Assembly: GCF_963921235.1 (NCBI RefSeq)
Contig: NC_086097.1
Coordinates: 177,136,001-177,200,000, forward strand
Source: Mobula hypostoma
Lineage: Eukaryota
Length of the DNA stretch: 64,000 bases
Direction of reading: 5' to 3'
Shown here: piece after piece, positions 50,801 to 63,590 of the stretch
Numbering within the stretch: position 1 is the stretch's first letter
Layout: each line of letters begins with the position of its first letter
Notes under the pieces: model-generated
Databases searched by the model: none
Seen by the model: only the letters and a program-made list of their open reading frames with translations
Told to the model about the DNA's origin: nothing
Translations under genes and position numbers: made by a program

Positions 50801-51570
50801 CTTTATACTTTATACTTAATACTTTATTGTTGCCAAACAATTAGTACTAAAACATACAATCATCACAGTGATATTTGATTCGGCGCTTCCCACTCCCTGG
50901 ATTACAAATATTAAATATTAAGAATATTAAAATAGTTAAAATGAGTATATATTAAAAATTTAAATTATATATGAGAAATAGAAACTAGAAAAATGGGAAG
51001 TAAGGTAGTGCAAAAAAACCGAGAGGCACGTCCGGATATTTGGAGGGTACGGCCCAGATCCAGGTCAGGATCGGTTCAGCAGTCTTATCACAGTTGGAAA
51101 GAAGCTGTTCCCAAATCTGGCCATACGAGTCTTCAAGCTCCTGAGCCTTCTCCCGGAGGGAAGAGGGATGAAAAGTGTGTTGGCTGGGTGGGTCGTGTCC
51201 TTGATTATCCTGGCAGCACTGCTCCAACAACGTGCGGTGTAAAGTGAGTCCACGGACGGAAGATTGGTTTGTGTGATGTGCTGCGCCGTGTTCACGATCT
51301 TCTGCAGCTTCTTCCGGGCTTGGACAGAACAACTTCCATACCAGGTTGTGATGCACCCTAGAAGAATGCTTTCTATGGTGCATCTATAAAAATTAGTGAG
51401 GGTTTTCGGGGACAGCCAAATTTCTTTAGTTTTCTCAGGAAGTAAAGGTGCTGGTGGGCCTTCTTGGCAGTGAACTCTGCTTGGTTGGACCAAGTCAGGT
51501 CATTTGTGGTATTGACTCCGAGGAAATTAAAGCTTTTGACCTGTTCCACTCGCGCACCACCGATGTAAAT
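50801..51570 (-). mobile_element. Young Rex1/Babar 3' end ((AAAGTAT)n tail)
   Basis: ORF 51065-51493 (NFYRCTIESILLGCITTWYG..LPSGRRLRSLK..NSFFPTVIRLLN); tail CTTTATACTTTATACT at 50801. Confidence 0.92.
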
Positions 51571-52510
51571 TGCTACGATTATTCTAAACTCTGGTGCTCT
51601 ACAAGGTTGTTTCCTCAGCCTCCTACTTTACTCAATACTGTGTTGCCAGATTCTCTTCTAACTTCATCTATAAGTTTGCAGATGATAACTGGAAGGAAAT
51701 AGAAAACTTAATGACATGGTGTGACAACAATCCTTCCCTCAATGTCAACAGAACAAAAGAGCCGGTCAGTGATGACAGAAGGGTGGGCAGTGCACGTGCT
51801 TCTGTCTACATCAATGGTATTGAGGTTGACAGATTTGAGAGCTTCTAGTTCTCAGGAATGAACATCACCAGTAGCCTGTTATAGTCAAACCATGATGATG
51901 TCACAACCAACAGCCCTACTTCCTCAAGAGCTAATGAAACTTGGCCTGTCCCATCGATCGTTGTCAGTTTTTATATCAATGCACTGTAGGAAGCCTTATA
52001 TCTGGACACAAAGCAGCTTGGTATGGCAACTGCTTTTCATGCGGCTACAGGAAACTGCAGAAAGTTGCAGACACAGCTCAGCACATCAGTGGAACGAGCC
52101 TCCCCTCTATGGACTCTGTCTACACTCTCACAGCCTTACTAAAGCAGTCATCATAATCAAAAACCCCACCCATCCCGAGCATCTTCTCTTCATCAGGCAG
52201 GAGATACAAAAACCTGAGAACACATACCACCAGGCTCAAGGACAGCTTCTACCCCATTGTCAGCAGACTCTTGAATGGATTTCCTGTACAATAAGATGTA
52301 CACTTGACCTCATAATCTACATCATTATGGCCTTGCACTTAACCTGCACTGCACTTCTTTGGTACCTCTTACACTTTACTCTGCATTGTTATTGTTTTAC
52401 TTTATTCTCTCTAAATGCACTGCGTGATGATCTGACCTGATCTGTATGAACAGTGTATAAGAACAAGCTTTATCTTGGCACATGTGACAGTAACAAACCT
52501 ATATCAATAC
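51571..52510 (+). mobile_element. Old Rex1/Babar 3' fragment
   Basis: CVARFSSNFIYKFADD, SLNVNRTKE, AWYGNC..RKLQKVADTAQHI. Confidence 0.8.
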
Positions 52511-52567
52511 TCCGGCTGTCTAAATCAATGGATTCTTGCTGTACCATAGTGTACCCATTAAAAGACC

Positions 52568-55415
52568 AGAATCAGAATCAGGTTTATTATCACCAGCATG
52601 TGACCTGAAATTTGTTAACTTAGCAGCAGCGGTTCAATGCAATACATAATCTAGAAGAGAAAAAAAAATCAATAAAAAATAATAAATAAATAAATTACAG
52701 TATACATATATTGAATAGATTTTTTAAACATGCAAAAAACAGAAATACTGTATATTTAAAAAAGTGAGGTACTGTCCAAGGATTCAATGTCCATTTAAGA
52801 ATCGGATGGCAGATTCAGGTCAAAAGCTTTAAGTTCCTCGGGGTCAATATCACAAACGACCTGACTTGGTCCAACCAAGCAGAGTTCACTGCCAAGAAGG
52901 CCCACCAGCGCCTTCACTTCCTGAGAAAACTAAAGAAATTTGGCCTGTCCCCTAAAACCCTCACTAATTTTTATAGATGCACCATAGAAAGCATTCTTCT
53001 AGGGTGCATCACAACCTGGTATGGAAGTTGTCCTGTTCAAGACCGAAAGAAGCTGCAGAAGATCGTGAACACGGCGCAGCACATCACACAAACCAATCTT
53101 CCGTCCATGGACTCACTTTACACCGCACGCTGTCGGAGCAGTGCTGCCAGGATAATCAAGGACACGACCCACCCAGCCAACACACTTTTCATCCCTCTTC
53201 CCTCCGGGAGAAGGCTCAGGAGCTTGAAGACTAGTACAGCCAGATTTGGGAACAACTTCTTTCCAACTGTGATAAGACTGCTGAATGGATCCTGGCCCAG
53301 ATCTGGGCCGTACCCTCCACATATCCAGACCTGCCTCTCGGTTTTTTTGCACTACCTTACTTTCCATTTTTCTATTTTCTATTTATGATTTATAATTTAA
53401 ATTTTTAATATTTACTAATTTTTACTATTTTAATATTTTTAGTATTTAATATTTGTAATCCAGGAAGCGGGAAGCGCAGAATCAAATATCGCTGTGATGA
53501 TTGTACGTTCTAGTATCAATTGTTTGGCGACGATGAAGTATAAAGTATAAAGTAAAAGAGGGGAAGAAGCTGTTCCTGAATTGCTGAGTGTGAACCTTCA
53601 GGCTTCTGTACCTCCTACCTGATGGTAACAGTGAGAAAAGGGCATGTCCTGGGTGCTGGAGATCCTTAATAATGGATGCTGCCTTTCTGAGACACCGCTC
53701 CCTGAAGATGTCCTGGGTGCTTTGTAGGCTAGTACCCAAGATGGAGCTGACTAGATCTACAACCCTCTGCAGCTTCTTTCGGTCCTGTGCAGTAGCTGTG
53801 TCAGAATGCTCTCCACAGTACAACTATAGAAAATTTTGAGTGTATTTGTTGACATGCCAAATCTCTTCAAATTCCTAATGAAGTATAGCCGCTGTCTTGC
53901 CTTCTTTATAACTACATCAATATGTTGGGACCAGGTTAGATCCTCAGAGATCCTGACACCCAGGAACTTGAAACTGTTTACTCTCTCCACTTCTTATCCG
54001 TCTTTGAGGATTGGTATGTGTTCCTTTATCTTACCCATCCTGAAGTCCACAATCAGCTCTTTCGTCTTACTGATGTTGAGTGCCAGGTTGTTGCTGTGGC
54101 ACCACTCCACTAGTTGGCATATCTCACTCCTTTACGTCCTCTCATCAGCACCTGAGATTCTAACAACAATGGTTGTATCGTCAGCAAATTTATAGATAGT
54201 ATTTGAGCTATGCCTAGCCACACAGTCATGTGTATATAGAGAGTAGAGCAGTGGGCTAAGCACACACCCCTGAAGTGCACCAGTGTTGACTGTCAGTGAG
54301 GAGGAGATGTTATCACCAATTCACACAGATTGTGGTCTTCCGGTTAGGAAGTAAAGGATCCAATTGCAGAGGGTGGCCCAGGTTCTGCAACTTCTCAATC
54401 AGGATTGTGGAAATGATGATATTAAATGCTGAGCTCTCGTTGATTAAAAGCATCCTGACGTTGGTGTTTGTGTTGCCCAGGTGCTCTAAAACCATGTGGA
54501 GAGCCATTGAGATTGCATCTGCCATTGACCTATTGTGGCGATAGGCAAACTGCAATGGGTCCAGGTCCTTGCTGAGGCGGGAGTTCAGTCTAGTCATGAC
54601 CAACCTCTCAAAGCATTTCATCACTGTCGATGTGAGTGCTACTGGGCGATAATCAGCAGGGATCTTCACAGCTGTAGTTGTGTTCTCCCTTTCAAAGCGG
54701 GCATAGAAGGCATTGAGTTCATCTGGTAGTGAAGCATCACTGCCATTCATGCTATTGGGTTTCACTTTGTTGGAAGTAATGTCTTGCAGACCCTGCCAGA
54801 GTTGCCACGCATCCGATGTCGCCTCCAACTTCATTCGAAATTGTCTCTTCACCCTTGAAATAGCCCTCCCCAAATCATACCTGGTTTTCTGGTACAGGCC
54901 TGGGTCACCAGACTTGAATGCCACAGATCTAGCCTTCAGCAGACAATGTACCTCCTGGTTCATCCACAGCTTTTGGTTTGGGAATGTACAGTAAGTCTTT
55001 GTGGGCACACACTCATTCACACAGGTTTTAATGAAGTTGGCAACAAGTGCAGCATACTCATCCAGGTTCAAAGATGAATCCTTGAATACAGTCCAGTACA
55101 CGATTCAAAGCATTCCTGTAGGTACTCCTGTGCTTCCCTTGTCCATACCTTCCTGGTCCTCACTCCTGGTGCTGCAGTCTTCAGTCTCTGCCTATACTCA
55201 GGGAGTAGAAGTACAGCTAGGTGATCAGTCTTCCTGAAGTGAGGGCGTGGAATAGCACGGTAGGCATTCTTGATGTTGGTGTAGCAATGGTCCAGTGTGT
55301 GTTTCCTCTGGTATTGCAAATGATCTGTTGATGGTAGTTGTTTAGTGATTTTTTTCAGACTGGCCTGGTTAAAATCTCCCAAAACAATGGTGAACGTGTT
55401 AGGGTGAACCACCTG
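52568..55415 (-). mobile_element. Long Rex1/Babar LINE (APE C-terminus to 3' tail), internally deleted, with a nested Rex1
   Basis: VLGDFNQA, TLDHCYT..PHFRKTDH, ORF 54313-55101 ([27 protein letters not shown]) and a (CTGATT)n tail at ~52568. Confidence 0.92.
52813..53555 (+). mobile_element. Young Rex1/Babar 3' end, same subfamily as 50801-51570
   Basis: Near-identical inverted copy; ORF 53065-53388; tail AAGTATAAAGTATAAAG. Confidence 0.92.
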
Positions 55416-55939
55416 GTTCCTCTGCAAGTTAAGAACGACGAGAGATTGGAAATATACCATTGGTCCTTTATTATCACTGGATATAAATCCTAGAACACTC
55501 TCCCCAACAGCACTGTGAACTCCTTCACCAGAAGGACTGCAGTGGTCACCCCCACAAATTTCCTCAAAGGCCATTGCAGTTAAGGAAATAAATGTTTGCT
55601 TTGTCAACATCATCCACATGCAGAAAATGAATTAGAATTGAAAATTCATGATGGAAAACTTGCCTGGATAAATAAAACTCCAACACGCTCACAAAGCTCA
55701 GCATTACCCAGAGCGAAGTTGCTATTCAAAACCAGGGGAGTTCATTTTAAAGTCATAAGAGATCAGAATCAGTCAGATTTATCATCACTGACATCTGTCG
55801 TGATGTTTTTTTTTGCTTTGTGGCTGACAGATTGAAGATACTGGAATGTGGAGAAAAAATACTAAACTGCCGGAGGAACTCAGTGGGTTGAGCAGCATCT
55901 TTAGAGGGAAAGAACCATCAGAGTTTCAGTTCAGTCAGA

Positions 55940-56470
55940 ACTCTGAGTATGGAAGTTAGGATGTTATGCTACAATTGTGTAAGATGTTGTTGAAGTTGGA
56001 TTTGGAATATTGTGTTAAGTTTTGGACACCCTGTTATTGGGAAGCTGTCAGTAAGCTGGAAAGAGTGCAGAGGAGATTTACAAGGATGATGTCAAGACTC
56101 AAGGGACTAGGTTATAGAGCGATGGAGTGCAGGCCTGCATTTCATTCAGTGCTGTATAGTAGACTGAAGGGTGATCGTATGCAAAATCACGAGCACCACT
56201 GATAGGATCAGTGAGCACAATCTTTCTGCCCAGGGTTGTGGTTTCAGGGGAGAGGGGAGAAGTTAATCTGAGCAGCAATTTTCATCTAAAGGGTGTTCAT
56301 ATATGGAATGAACTGCCAGAGGCAGGTACATTGGAAACATTTAAACAACACTTGGATAGATACAGGATGAGGAAAGGTTTAAGGGCTATGAGCCAAATGT
56401 CAGTTCAGATATGTATCTTGGTTGGCATGAACCAATTGGGACAAAGGGCCTAATTCTCTGCTGTTTAACT
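55940..56470 (+). mobile_element. Old CR1 3' fragment
   Basis: LEYCVKFWTP..KLERVQRRFTRMM, IWNELPE. Confidence 0.8.
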
Positions 56471-56589
56471 CTGTGACCTTGCATCAGGGGTTGATTCTAT
56501 TACCAGCACTACTTCTCCATTAACCACCAATACTGAAGCAAATTATCTGCTCATTATCACGTTGCCTTTACTTTTGCCAAGGATGAATT

Positions 56590-58300
56590 TCTGGTAGTCC
56601 CAGGTCAGCCTTCTGTTGGTTTTTAAATGTTTCTCAAATCTCTACGTTCCCACTATTTTTTGCAATATCATATGCCCTCTTCTTGCTTTTATGCTGTCTT
56701 TGAATTCCTTTGTCAGTCATGGTTGCCTCTTACTTCCTTTAGAATACTTTTTCTTCTTCGAATGTATCTTATCTGAAAACACCAGACATTGCATTGAGTA
56801 TAGGAGTTGGGATATAATGTTGAAATTATATAAGGCATTGGTAAAGCCAAATTTGGAGTACAGTATTGTGTACAGTTCTGGTCACCGAATTATAGGAAAG
56901 ATGTCAATAAAATTGAGAGAGTACAGAGGAGGTTTACTAAAATGTTGCCTGGGTTTCATCTCCTAAGTTACAGAGAAAGGTTGAACAAGTTGGGTCTTTA
57001 TTCTTTGGAGCGTAGAAGGTTGAGAGGGGACTTGATAGAGGTATTTAAAATTATGAGGGGGATTGATAGAGTTGACGTGGATAGGCTTTTTCCATTGAGA
57101 GTGGGGGAGATTCAAACAAGAGGACATAAGTTGAGAGTTAAAGAGCAAAAGTTTAGGGGTAACATGAGGGGGAACTTCTTTACTCAGAGAGTGGTAGCTG
57201 TGTGGAACGAGCTTCCAGCAGAAGTGGTTGAGGCAGGTTCGATGTTGTCGTTTAAAGTTAAATTGGATAGATATATGGACAGGAAAGGAATGGAGGGTTA
57301 TCAACTGAGTGCAGGTTGGTGGGACTAGGTGAGAGTAAGAGTTCGGCACGGACCAGAAGGGCTGAGATGGCCTGTTTCCGTGCTGTAATTGTTATATGGT
57401 TTTATATGGTTATTGCTCTTTGGCTGTCATCCTTGCTAGTGTCTCCTTCTAAAACAACTTTAGCCAGCTCCTTTCTCATTGCCTCTGTAATACCTTTTAC
57501 TCCACAGGAGTTTTGATACGTCTGATTTTAACTCCTCTTTCTCAAACTGTGACGTGAATTCTATCTTATTATGATCACTGCTCCCAAAGGGTTCCTTTAC
57601 CTTAAGCTCCTTAATCAAATTTGGGTCATTACAAAACAGCAAATCCAGAATTGCCATTCCCTTAGTGGGCTCAACCACAAGCTGCTCTAGAAAGCCATCT
57701 CATAGGTATCCACAAGTTCCCTCTCTTGGCACAAACCTGATTTTCCTAATCTAACAGCATATTGAAATCCTCCATGATTATCAAAGCATTTCTCTTTTTA
57801 CTTGTCTTTCTACCTCTCGTTGTAATTTGTAGCCCACATTCTGGCCTGTATATGACTCCCATCAGAGCCTTTTTAATCTTGTGATTTCTTAATTCTACCC
57901 ACAATAATGCTTCATCTTCCAATCCTATGTCACCTCTCTCTAAGGATTTGATTTCATGTTTTACCAACAAAGCCTCCCCACCCCCTCTGCCGACCTACTT
58001 GTTCTTTTGATACAATGTGTGTCTTTGGGTGGTATGCTCCTAACTATGAACTTCTTACAGCCATGACTCAGATATCCATAACATCATAACTGCCAATTTC
58101 TAACTACACTATGAGATCATCTACCTTATTCCATATAGTGCATGCATTCAAATATAACACCTTCAGTCCTGTATTCATTACCCTTTTGGATTTTGACTCC
58201 CTATTATGCTTTAACTCATCTCACTGACTGCAGTTTTGCCCTATCGTCTGCCTGTCCTTCCTCACAGTCTCACTACACACTGCATATAGTTGTATACCAA
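56590..58300 (-). mobile_element. Old CR1 ORF2 endonuclease-region fragment
   Basis: LLWVELRN..MGVIYRP, IMEDFN, VEPTKGMAILDL..FGSSDHN. Confidence 0.85.
56793..57411 (+). mobile_element. Younger CR1 3' end nested in an older CR1
   Basis: ORF 56942-57328 (LSYRERLNKLGLYSLERRRLRGDLIEVFKI..FFTQRVVAVWNELP); TATATGGT tail; ATTGC duplicated at 56788-56792 / 57412-57416. Confidence 0.9.
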
Positions 58301-59137
58301 CTCAATATGGCAGATATTAACTTGAACAAGAGCCAAGATTCAGTTCTTATATTAAATGTAAGTTCAGGAAGCTTCCTGCTTACAATCTTGTAGATAGCCA
58401 TTTATGAATATTAGATAGTGTAGATATAGGTAAACATAAGGACGTTATAGCTTAATAACTGGGGAAGGGATCCAAAGTTTTGCTTCCCCAATTAATCAGA
58501 TTCTCCTTAAAGTCTGGCCTTCCTGGGACAGATTATTGTCCAGGGGCCAAGAGGATGGTATGTTAGGTTGTATTCTGGAGGTAGAGAATAGAGCAAATAT
58601 TAATTTGAACAAAAACCAGTCTTCAGTTGTTACTGTAAATGTAAATAAGTCCGGAAGCTTGCAATCAGTCTTCAGTTTTTATGTAAATTGCAAGCAGGTA
58701 AAATTGTACAGAGTAAAAGATATGGTTAGCAAAATGATGACCAAGAGATGTTTGCATATACGGAAATTAAATGTTAGGACAATGTTTCTGGGAAAAATGA
58801 GGAATGTGCAGGACATGTGTGTTCCAAAAATGAAGAAATGCTCAAGTGGTATGATGGCTGACAAGGGAAGTCAACGCTATTGTAAAAGCAAAAGGAAGGG
58901 CATACAATAAAGCAAAAATTAGTGGAAAGATAGAGTTTGAGGAAGTTTTTCAAAACCTACAGAGAGCAACTAAAAAAATCATTAGAAGGGAAAAGATGAA
59001 ATATAAAATCAAGCCAGCAAGTAATTTCAAAGTGGATAGTAAAAGTTTTTTCAAGTACGTTAAAAGTATAAGAGAAATGGGAGTGGATATAGTACAGCTA
59101 GAAAATGAGGCAGGAAAAATAATAACTGGGGACACAG

Positions 59138-59325
59138 AGCAACACATATCAAAGTTGCTGGTGAACGCAGCAGGCCAGGCAGCATCTCTAGGAAGAGGTA
59201 CAGTCAACGTTTCAGGCCGAGACCCTTCGTCAAGACTAACTGAAGGAAGAGCTAGTAAGAGATTTAAAAGTGGGAGGGGGAGGGGGAGGTCCAAAATGAT
59301 AGAAGACAGGAGGGGGAGGGATGGC
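59138..59325 (-). mobile_element. Penelope pLTR insertion with a variant hammerhead (59202-59237)
   Basis: Minus-strand RNA AGUC UUGACGA AGGGUCUCGGCCU GAAA CGUU GACU (C3U change, GUU triplet). Confidence 0.82.
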
Positions 59326-60082
59326 GAGTCTGAGTCAGAACGTGGTCGAAAAGTTGAAGAGTCGAAGAAATTACACATGGGCAGCAGTGAGAGATGGTTT
59401 CACTGAACTCCCGTCGAAGAGAAGATTTAAACTCCTTCAGTGTAGCTATCACCGGAAGAGACTTCGCAGTAGTGAATTGAACTAAATGAGTATTTTGCAT
59501 CAGTCTTCATTGTGGAAGACACTAGCAGAATATCTGATGTTGTAGTGGGTAAAGGAAGAGAAGTGTGTGCAGTTACTGTTACAAGAGAGAAGGTGCTCAA
59601 AAAGCTGAAAGACCTAAAGGTACGTAAGTCACCCATACTAGAGGAACTGCACCCTAGGATTCTGAAAGAGGTAGCATTAGAGATTGTGGTGGCATTAGAA
59701 ATGATCTTTCAAAAATCATTGGACTCTGACATGGTGCCAAAGTACTGGAAAATTGCAAGTGTTACTTCACTCCTTAAGGAAGAATGAAGGCAGCAGAAGG
59801 GAAGAAGATGTTAGAGTCAATTGCTAAGGATGAATTGATGGAGTACTTGGTGACACAGGACAAGATAGTACAAAGTCAGTATGGTTTCCTTCAGGGAAAA
59901 TTCTGCCTGACAAACCTGTTGGAATTCTTTGAGGAGATTACAAGTAGGACAGATAAAGGGGATAAAGTGGATGTTGTATATTTGGACTTTCAGAAGGCCT
60001 TTGACAAGGTGCCACATATGAGGCTGCTTACCAACTTAAGAGCCCATGGTATTACAGGAGAGCTACTAACATGGTTAGAGCA

Positions 60083-60385
60083 TTCATACATAAAAGTTGC
60101 TGGTGAACAAGCAGGCCAGGCAGCATGTCTAGGAAGAGGTACAGTTGACGTTTTGGGCCGAGACCCTTCGTCAGGAGTAAGAGTACCTCTTCTTAGAGAT
60201 ACTGCCTAGCCTGCTGCGTTCACCAGCAACTTTGAACACAAAATAATCTGCAGATGCTGGCGTCAAAGCAACACTCACAACAAAGAAGTCCTGATGAAGG
60301 GTTCCGGACCGAAACGTCGACCGATCTTTTCCACGGATGCTGCCTGACCTGCTGAGTTCCTCCAGCGTGTCTTGAGTATTGTGAA
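60083..60385. mobile_element. Two adjacent Penelope pLTR cassettes of different subfamilies
   Basis: Fold-back 60083-60233 with a mutated hammerhead at 60143-60178 (-); second cassette 60234-60385. Confidence 0.8.
60288..60321 (+). ncRNA. Minimal type I hammerhead ribozyme, second subfamily
   Basis: GUC CUGAUGA AGGGUUCCGGACC GAAA CGUC^GAC; core intact, 3-bp stem I, imperfect stem II. Confidence 0.68.
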
Positions 60386-61389
60386 CAGTGTTGGGCCCCT
60401 CATCTTAGAAGAGATGTGCTGGTGTTGGAGGGGGTCCAGAGGAAGTCCACAAGGATGATTCCAGGAATGAAAGGTTTATCATACAAGGAACATTTGATGG
60501 CTCTGGGTCTGTACTCACTGAAATTCAGAAGGACGAGGGGAGATCTCATTGAAACCTTTCAAGTGTTGAAAGGCCTAGACAGAGTAAATGTGGAAAGAAT
60601 GTTTTCCATGGTGGGAGAGTCTAGGACAAGAGGACACAGCCTTGGGATAGAGGGGTGCTCTTTCAATACAGAGTTGCAGAGAAATTTCTTTAGCTAAAGG
60701 GTGGTGAATTTGTGGAATTTGTTGCCACATGCGGCTACGGAGGCCATGTGGTTGGGTGTATTTAAGGCAGAGATTGATAGGTTCTTGATTGGACATGGCA
60801 TCAAAGGTTATGGTGAGAAGGCTGGGAACTGGGGTTGAAAAAAGGATCAGCCATGATTGAATGGTAGAGCAGACTCGATGGGCCAAATGGCCTAATTCTG
60901 CTCCTGTGTCTTATGGTTTAATGTAGTTGTATTCATTAGCCTGTATCAAAACAGCCAGCATGAACTATATTAGTTGTACCATTGTGACTAAGTCAAGCTA
61001 GCAGACCAGATGAATGTTGTCACTCAGCATATCAAATGTGGTTACAGGTATAGGCAATCAATAGTTTTTGTGTACTTATGATACTTGTGTACTCCGAGAC
61101 AGCTCTGACAACATTAATTTTGGGTGTCCGGAATTTCTATCCCCAGAAACTTTTAAAGTATTTATCACAAAGGTGTTTGAACATTCAGAGGTGTCTGTAA
61201 CTGTAGGTATGTAATTCAAAGGAAGAACTGGCAACCCAAAATATTGAAGGAAGCAATGTCATTGTAACTACTGAAATTATTTTGTATCAGTTATTGTTAC
61301 CTTTGATCTTAACTATATAAAATTGTGATGTACCTTTGGATTCGTGAGCCTCCCCCAAGGGATGTCTGTATGAGAACGCCTGCTTGTTG

Positions 61390-62035
61390 GGTCCGCCAGA
61401 GAAAGCAGGATATCCCAGTGGCCACACATTTTAATTCCACATCCCATTCCCATTCTGATATGTCAATCCATGGCCTCCTCTACTGTCAAGATGAAGCCAC
61501 ACTCAGGTTGGAGGAATAACACCTTATATTCCGTCTGGGTAGCCTCCAACCTGGTGGCATGAACATCGATTTCTCTAACTTCCATTAATGCACCTCCTCC
61601 CCTTCTTTCCCCATCCCTTATTTATTTATTTATTTATTAATCCCGCCCCCCCCCCCCCTTTTCTCTCTCTGTCCCTCTCACAATCACTCCTTGCCTGCTC
61701 TCCATCTTCCTCTGGGCTCCCCTCCCCCTTTCTTTCTCCCTAGGCCTCCCGTCCCATGATCCACCCCCTTCTCCAGCTCTGTATCCCTTTTGCCAATCAC
61801 CTGTCCAGCTCTTAGCATCATCCCTCCCCCTCCTGTCTTCTCCTATCATTTTGGTTCTCCCCCTCTCCTTCCCACTTTCAAATCCTTTACTATCTCTTCT
61901 TTCAGCTAGTCCTGACGGAGGCCCGAAGCGTTGACCGTACTTCTTCCTATAGATGCTGCCTGGCCTGCTGCGTTCACCAGCATTTTGTGTGTGTGTTGCT
62001 TGAACTTCCAGCATCTGCAGATTTTCTCATGTTTG
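61390..62035 (+). mobile_element. Penelope-like element 3' end: GIY-YIG C-terminus plus pLTR
   Basis: VRQRKQDIPVATHFNSTSHSHSDMSIHGLLYCQDEATLRLEE*HLIFRLGSLQPGGMNIDFSNF, then a pyrimidine tract, a deleted hammerhead (~61908-61936) and the pLTR body. Confidence 0.88.
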
Positions 62036-62049
62036 TTGTGCCAAATACA

Positions 62050-62590
62050 GAGTTCTATATCACCAGCTTTAATCAAAGTATTGTGGGCAGTTTTGGGCTC
62101 TTTATCTAAAAGATGTGTGAACATTGGATAGGCTCTGGAGAAGGTTCACAAGAACCAAACTGGGAATGAAAGGGTTAACATACAAGGAGCATTTGATGGC
62201 TCTGGGGCTGTACTCACTCATGTTTAGAGCAAATGAGGGGGGAATCTCATTGAAATTCTATTGAATATTGAAAGGTCTAGATAGAGTAGATCTGAAGAGG
62301 GTGTTACCTATGATCAGGGAGTCTAGGGTCAGAGGCACCGTCTCAGAATAGCGAGGCATCCCTTTAGAACACAGGTAATTTATTTAGCTAGAGGATTGTG
62401 AATCTGTGGAATTCATTGCCACAAATGGCTGTGAAGGCCAAGTCATTGGGTATATTTAAAGCGGAGGTTGATATATTCATGATTAGTAAGGGTATCAAAA
62501 ATTATGGGTAGAAAGCAGACAAATGGAGTTGAGAGAAATAAAAAATCGGACATGATGGAATGGCCTAATTCTTCTTAAGGTTTTATACAT
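62050..62590 (+). mobile_element. Old CR1 3' fragment
   Basis: Colinear with 60385-60920 and 700-1260. Confidence 0.82.
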
Positions 62591-63429
62591 GGGATTAATA
62601 AATAAATCTAAATCTATTTCACACATTGCAAAACAGAATCCAATCTAACACTTAAAACTCATTGGAGCATCATAGGGCAATGAAAGGAGCAATCTTTCCT
62701 TTAGTCACTCTGCCAGTGTACTCGTACCCCTACACTTAGCATTCCTTTTGGCAATGGCCATGAACTCAGCTACAGTCACTCACCCTGACATATCACCACG
62801 AATTAAACACAAACATGAACAAAGCAACACTTGTACAGATTACTTAGCACATCACAATCCATCAGGGAGTGTGAATCCAACATTTATTAAGGCCCTGCTT
62901 GTCAGTTTTACTACAACTAGTTATTTATATTTAACCAGTTTCAGCCACTAATTCACACCGGTAAGTGACCAGATCATTCCAAATCCAATATAAAGCCCTG
63001 AGAATGGTTAATATGTCAAAGTGACAGATGTGATAAGCTATTAAATGGTTCTCTAGAATGATAAGGTGGACTCTTGACTTCACAATCTACCTCATTATGA
63101 TCTTGTACCTTGTTGTTTACCTGCACTGCACTTTTTCTGTAGATGTTACACTTCATTCTGCATTGCTGTTGTTTTATCTTGTTCTGCCTCAAAGCTCTGT
63201 GCAATGATTTGATCGGTATAAACAGTATGCAAGACAGGGTTTTCACTGTATCTCGGTACACATGACAATTCCAATTCCAATTCCACTTGAAGAGATGGAG
63301 GATAATAAGGTTATTTTCTACAGTAAACACTGGTAAGGCTGAACAGGGACATGCTACATTCCCTAAGTCTGCTGAGGATGTAGATTCTTGGCCATTGCAT
63401 CTATGTGGTTGGACCAGTGGGGAGGATCA

Positions 63430-63590
63430 AGCTGCTGGAAGAACTCAGAGGGTCAAGCAGCATCTGTAGAGGCAAAAAGATGGTCAAAGTTTCAGGTTGA
63501 GACCCTGCATGAGGATGACCAGTCATGTCTTGACCCAGAACATTGACTACCTCTTTGTTTCCACAGATGTTGCCTGACCATCTGTGGAAG
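63430..63590. mobile_element. Old fold-back Penelope pLTR cassette
   Basis: GGTCAAGCAGCATCTGTAGAGGCAAA is inverted against TTTGTTTCCACAGATGTTGCCTGACC; hammerhead decayed. Confidence 0.65.

Larger units (their letters stand above)
58780..60920 (+). mobile_element. CR1 ORF2 (tether, RT, 3' UTR) interrupted by Penelope pLTR insertions
   Basis: DSKSFFKYVK, KSPILEELHPRILKE, CLTNLLEFFEE, YLDFQKAFDKVPH, EGVQRKSTRMIPG. Confidence 0.9.

Noticed and set aside
56590..60920. Twin-priming inversion of a single CR1
   Set aside because: The minus and plus fragments overlap by a few hundred bp of CR1 sequence and differ in sequence, so they are separate copies.
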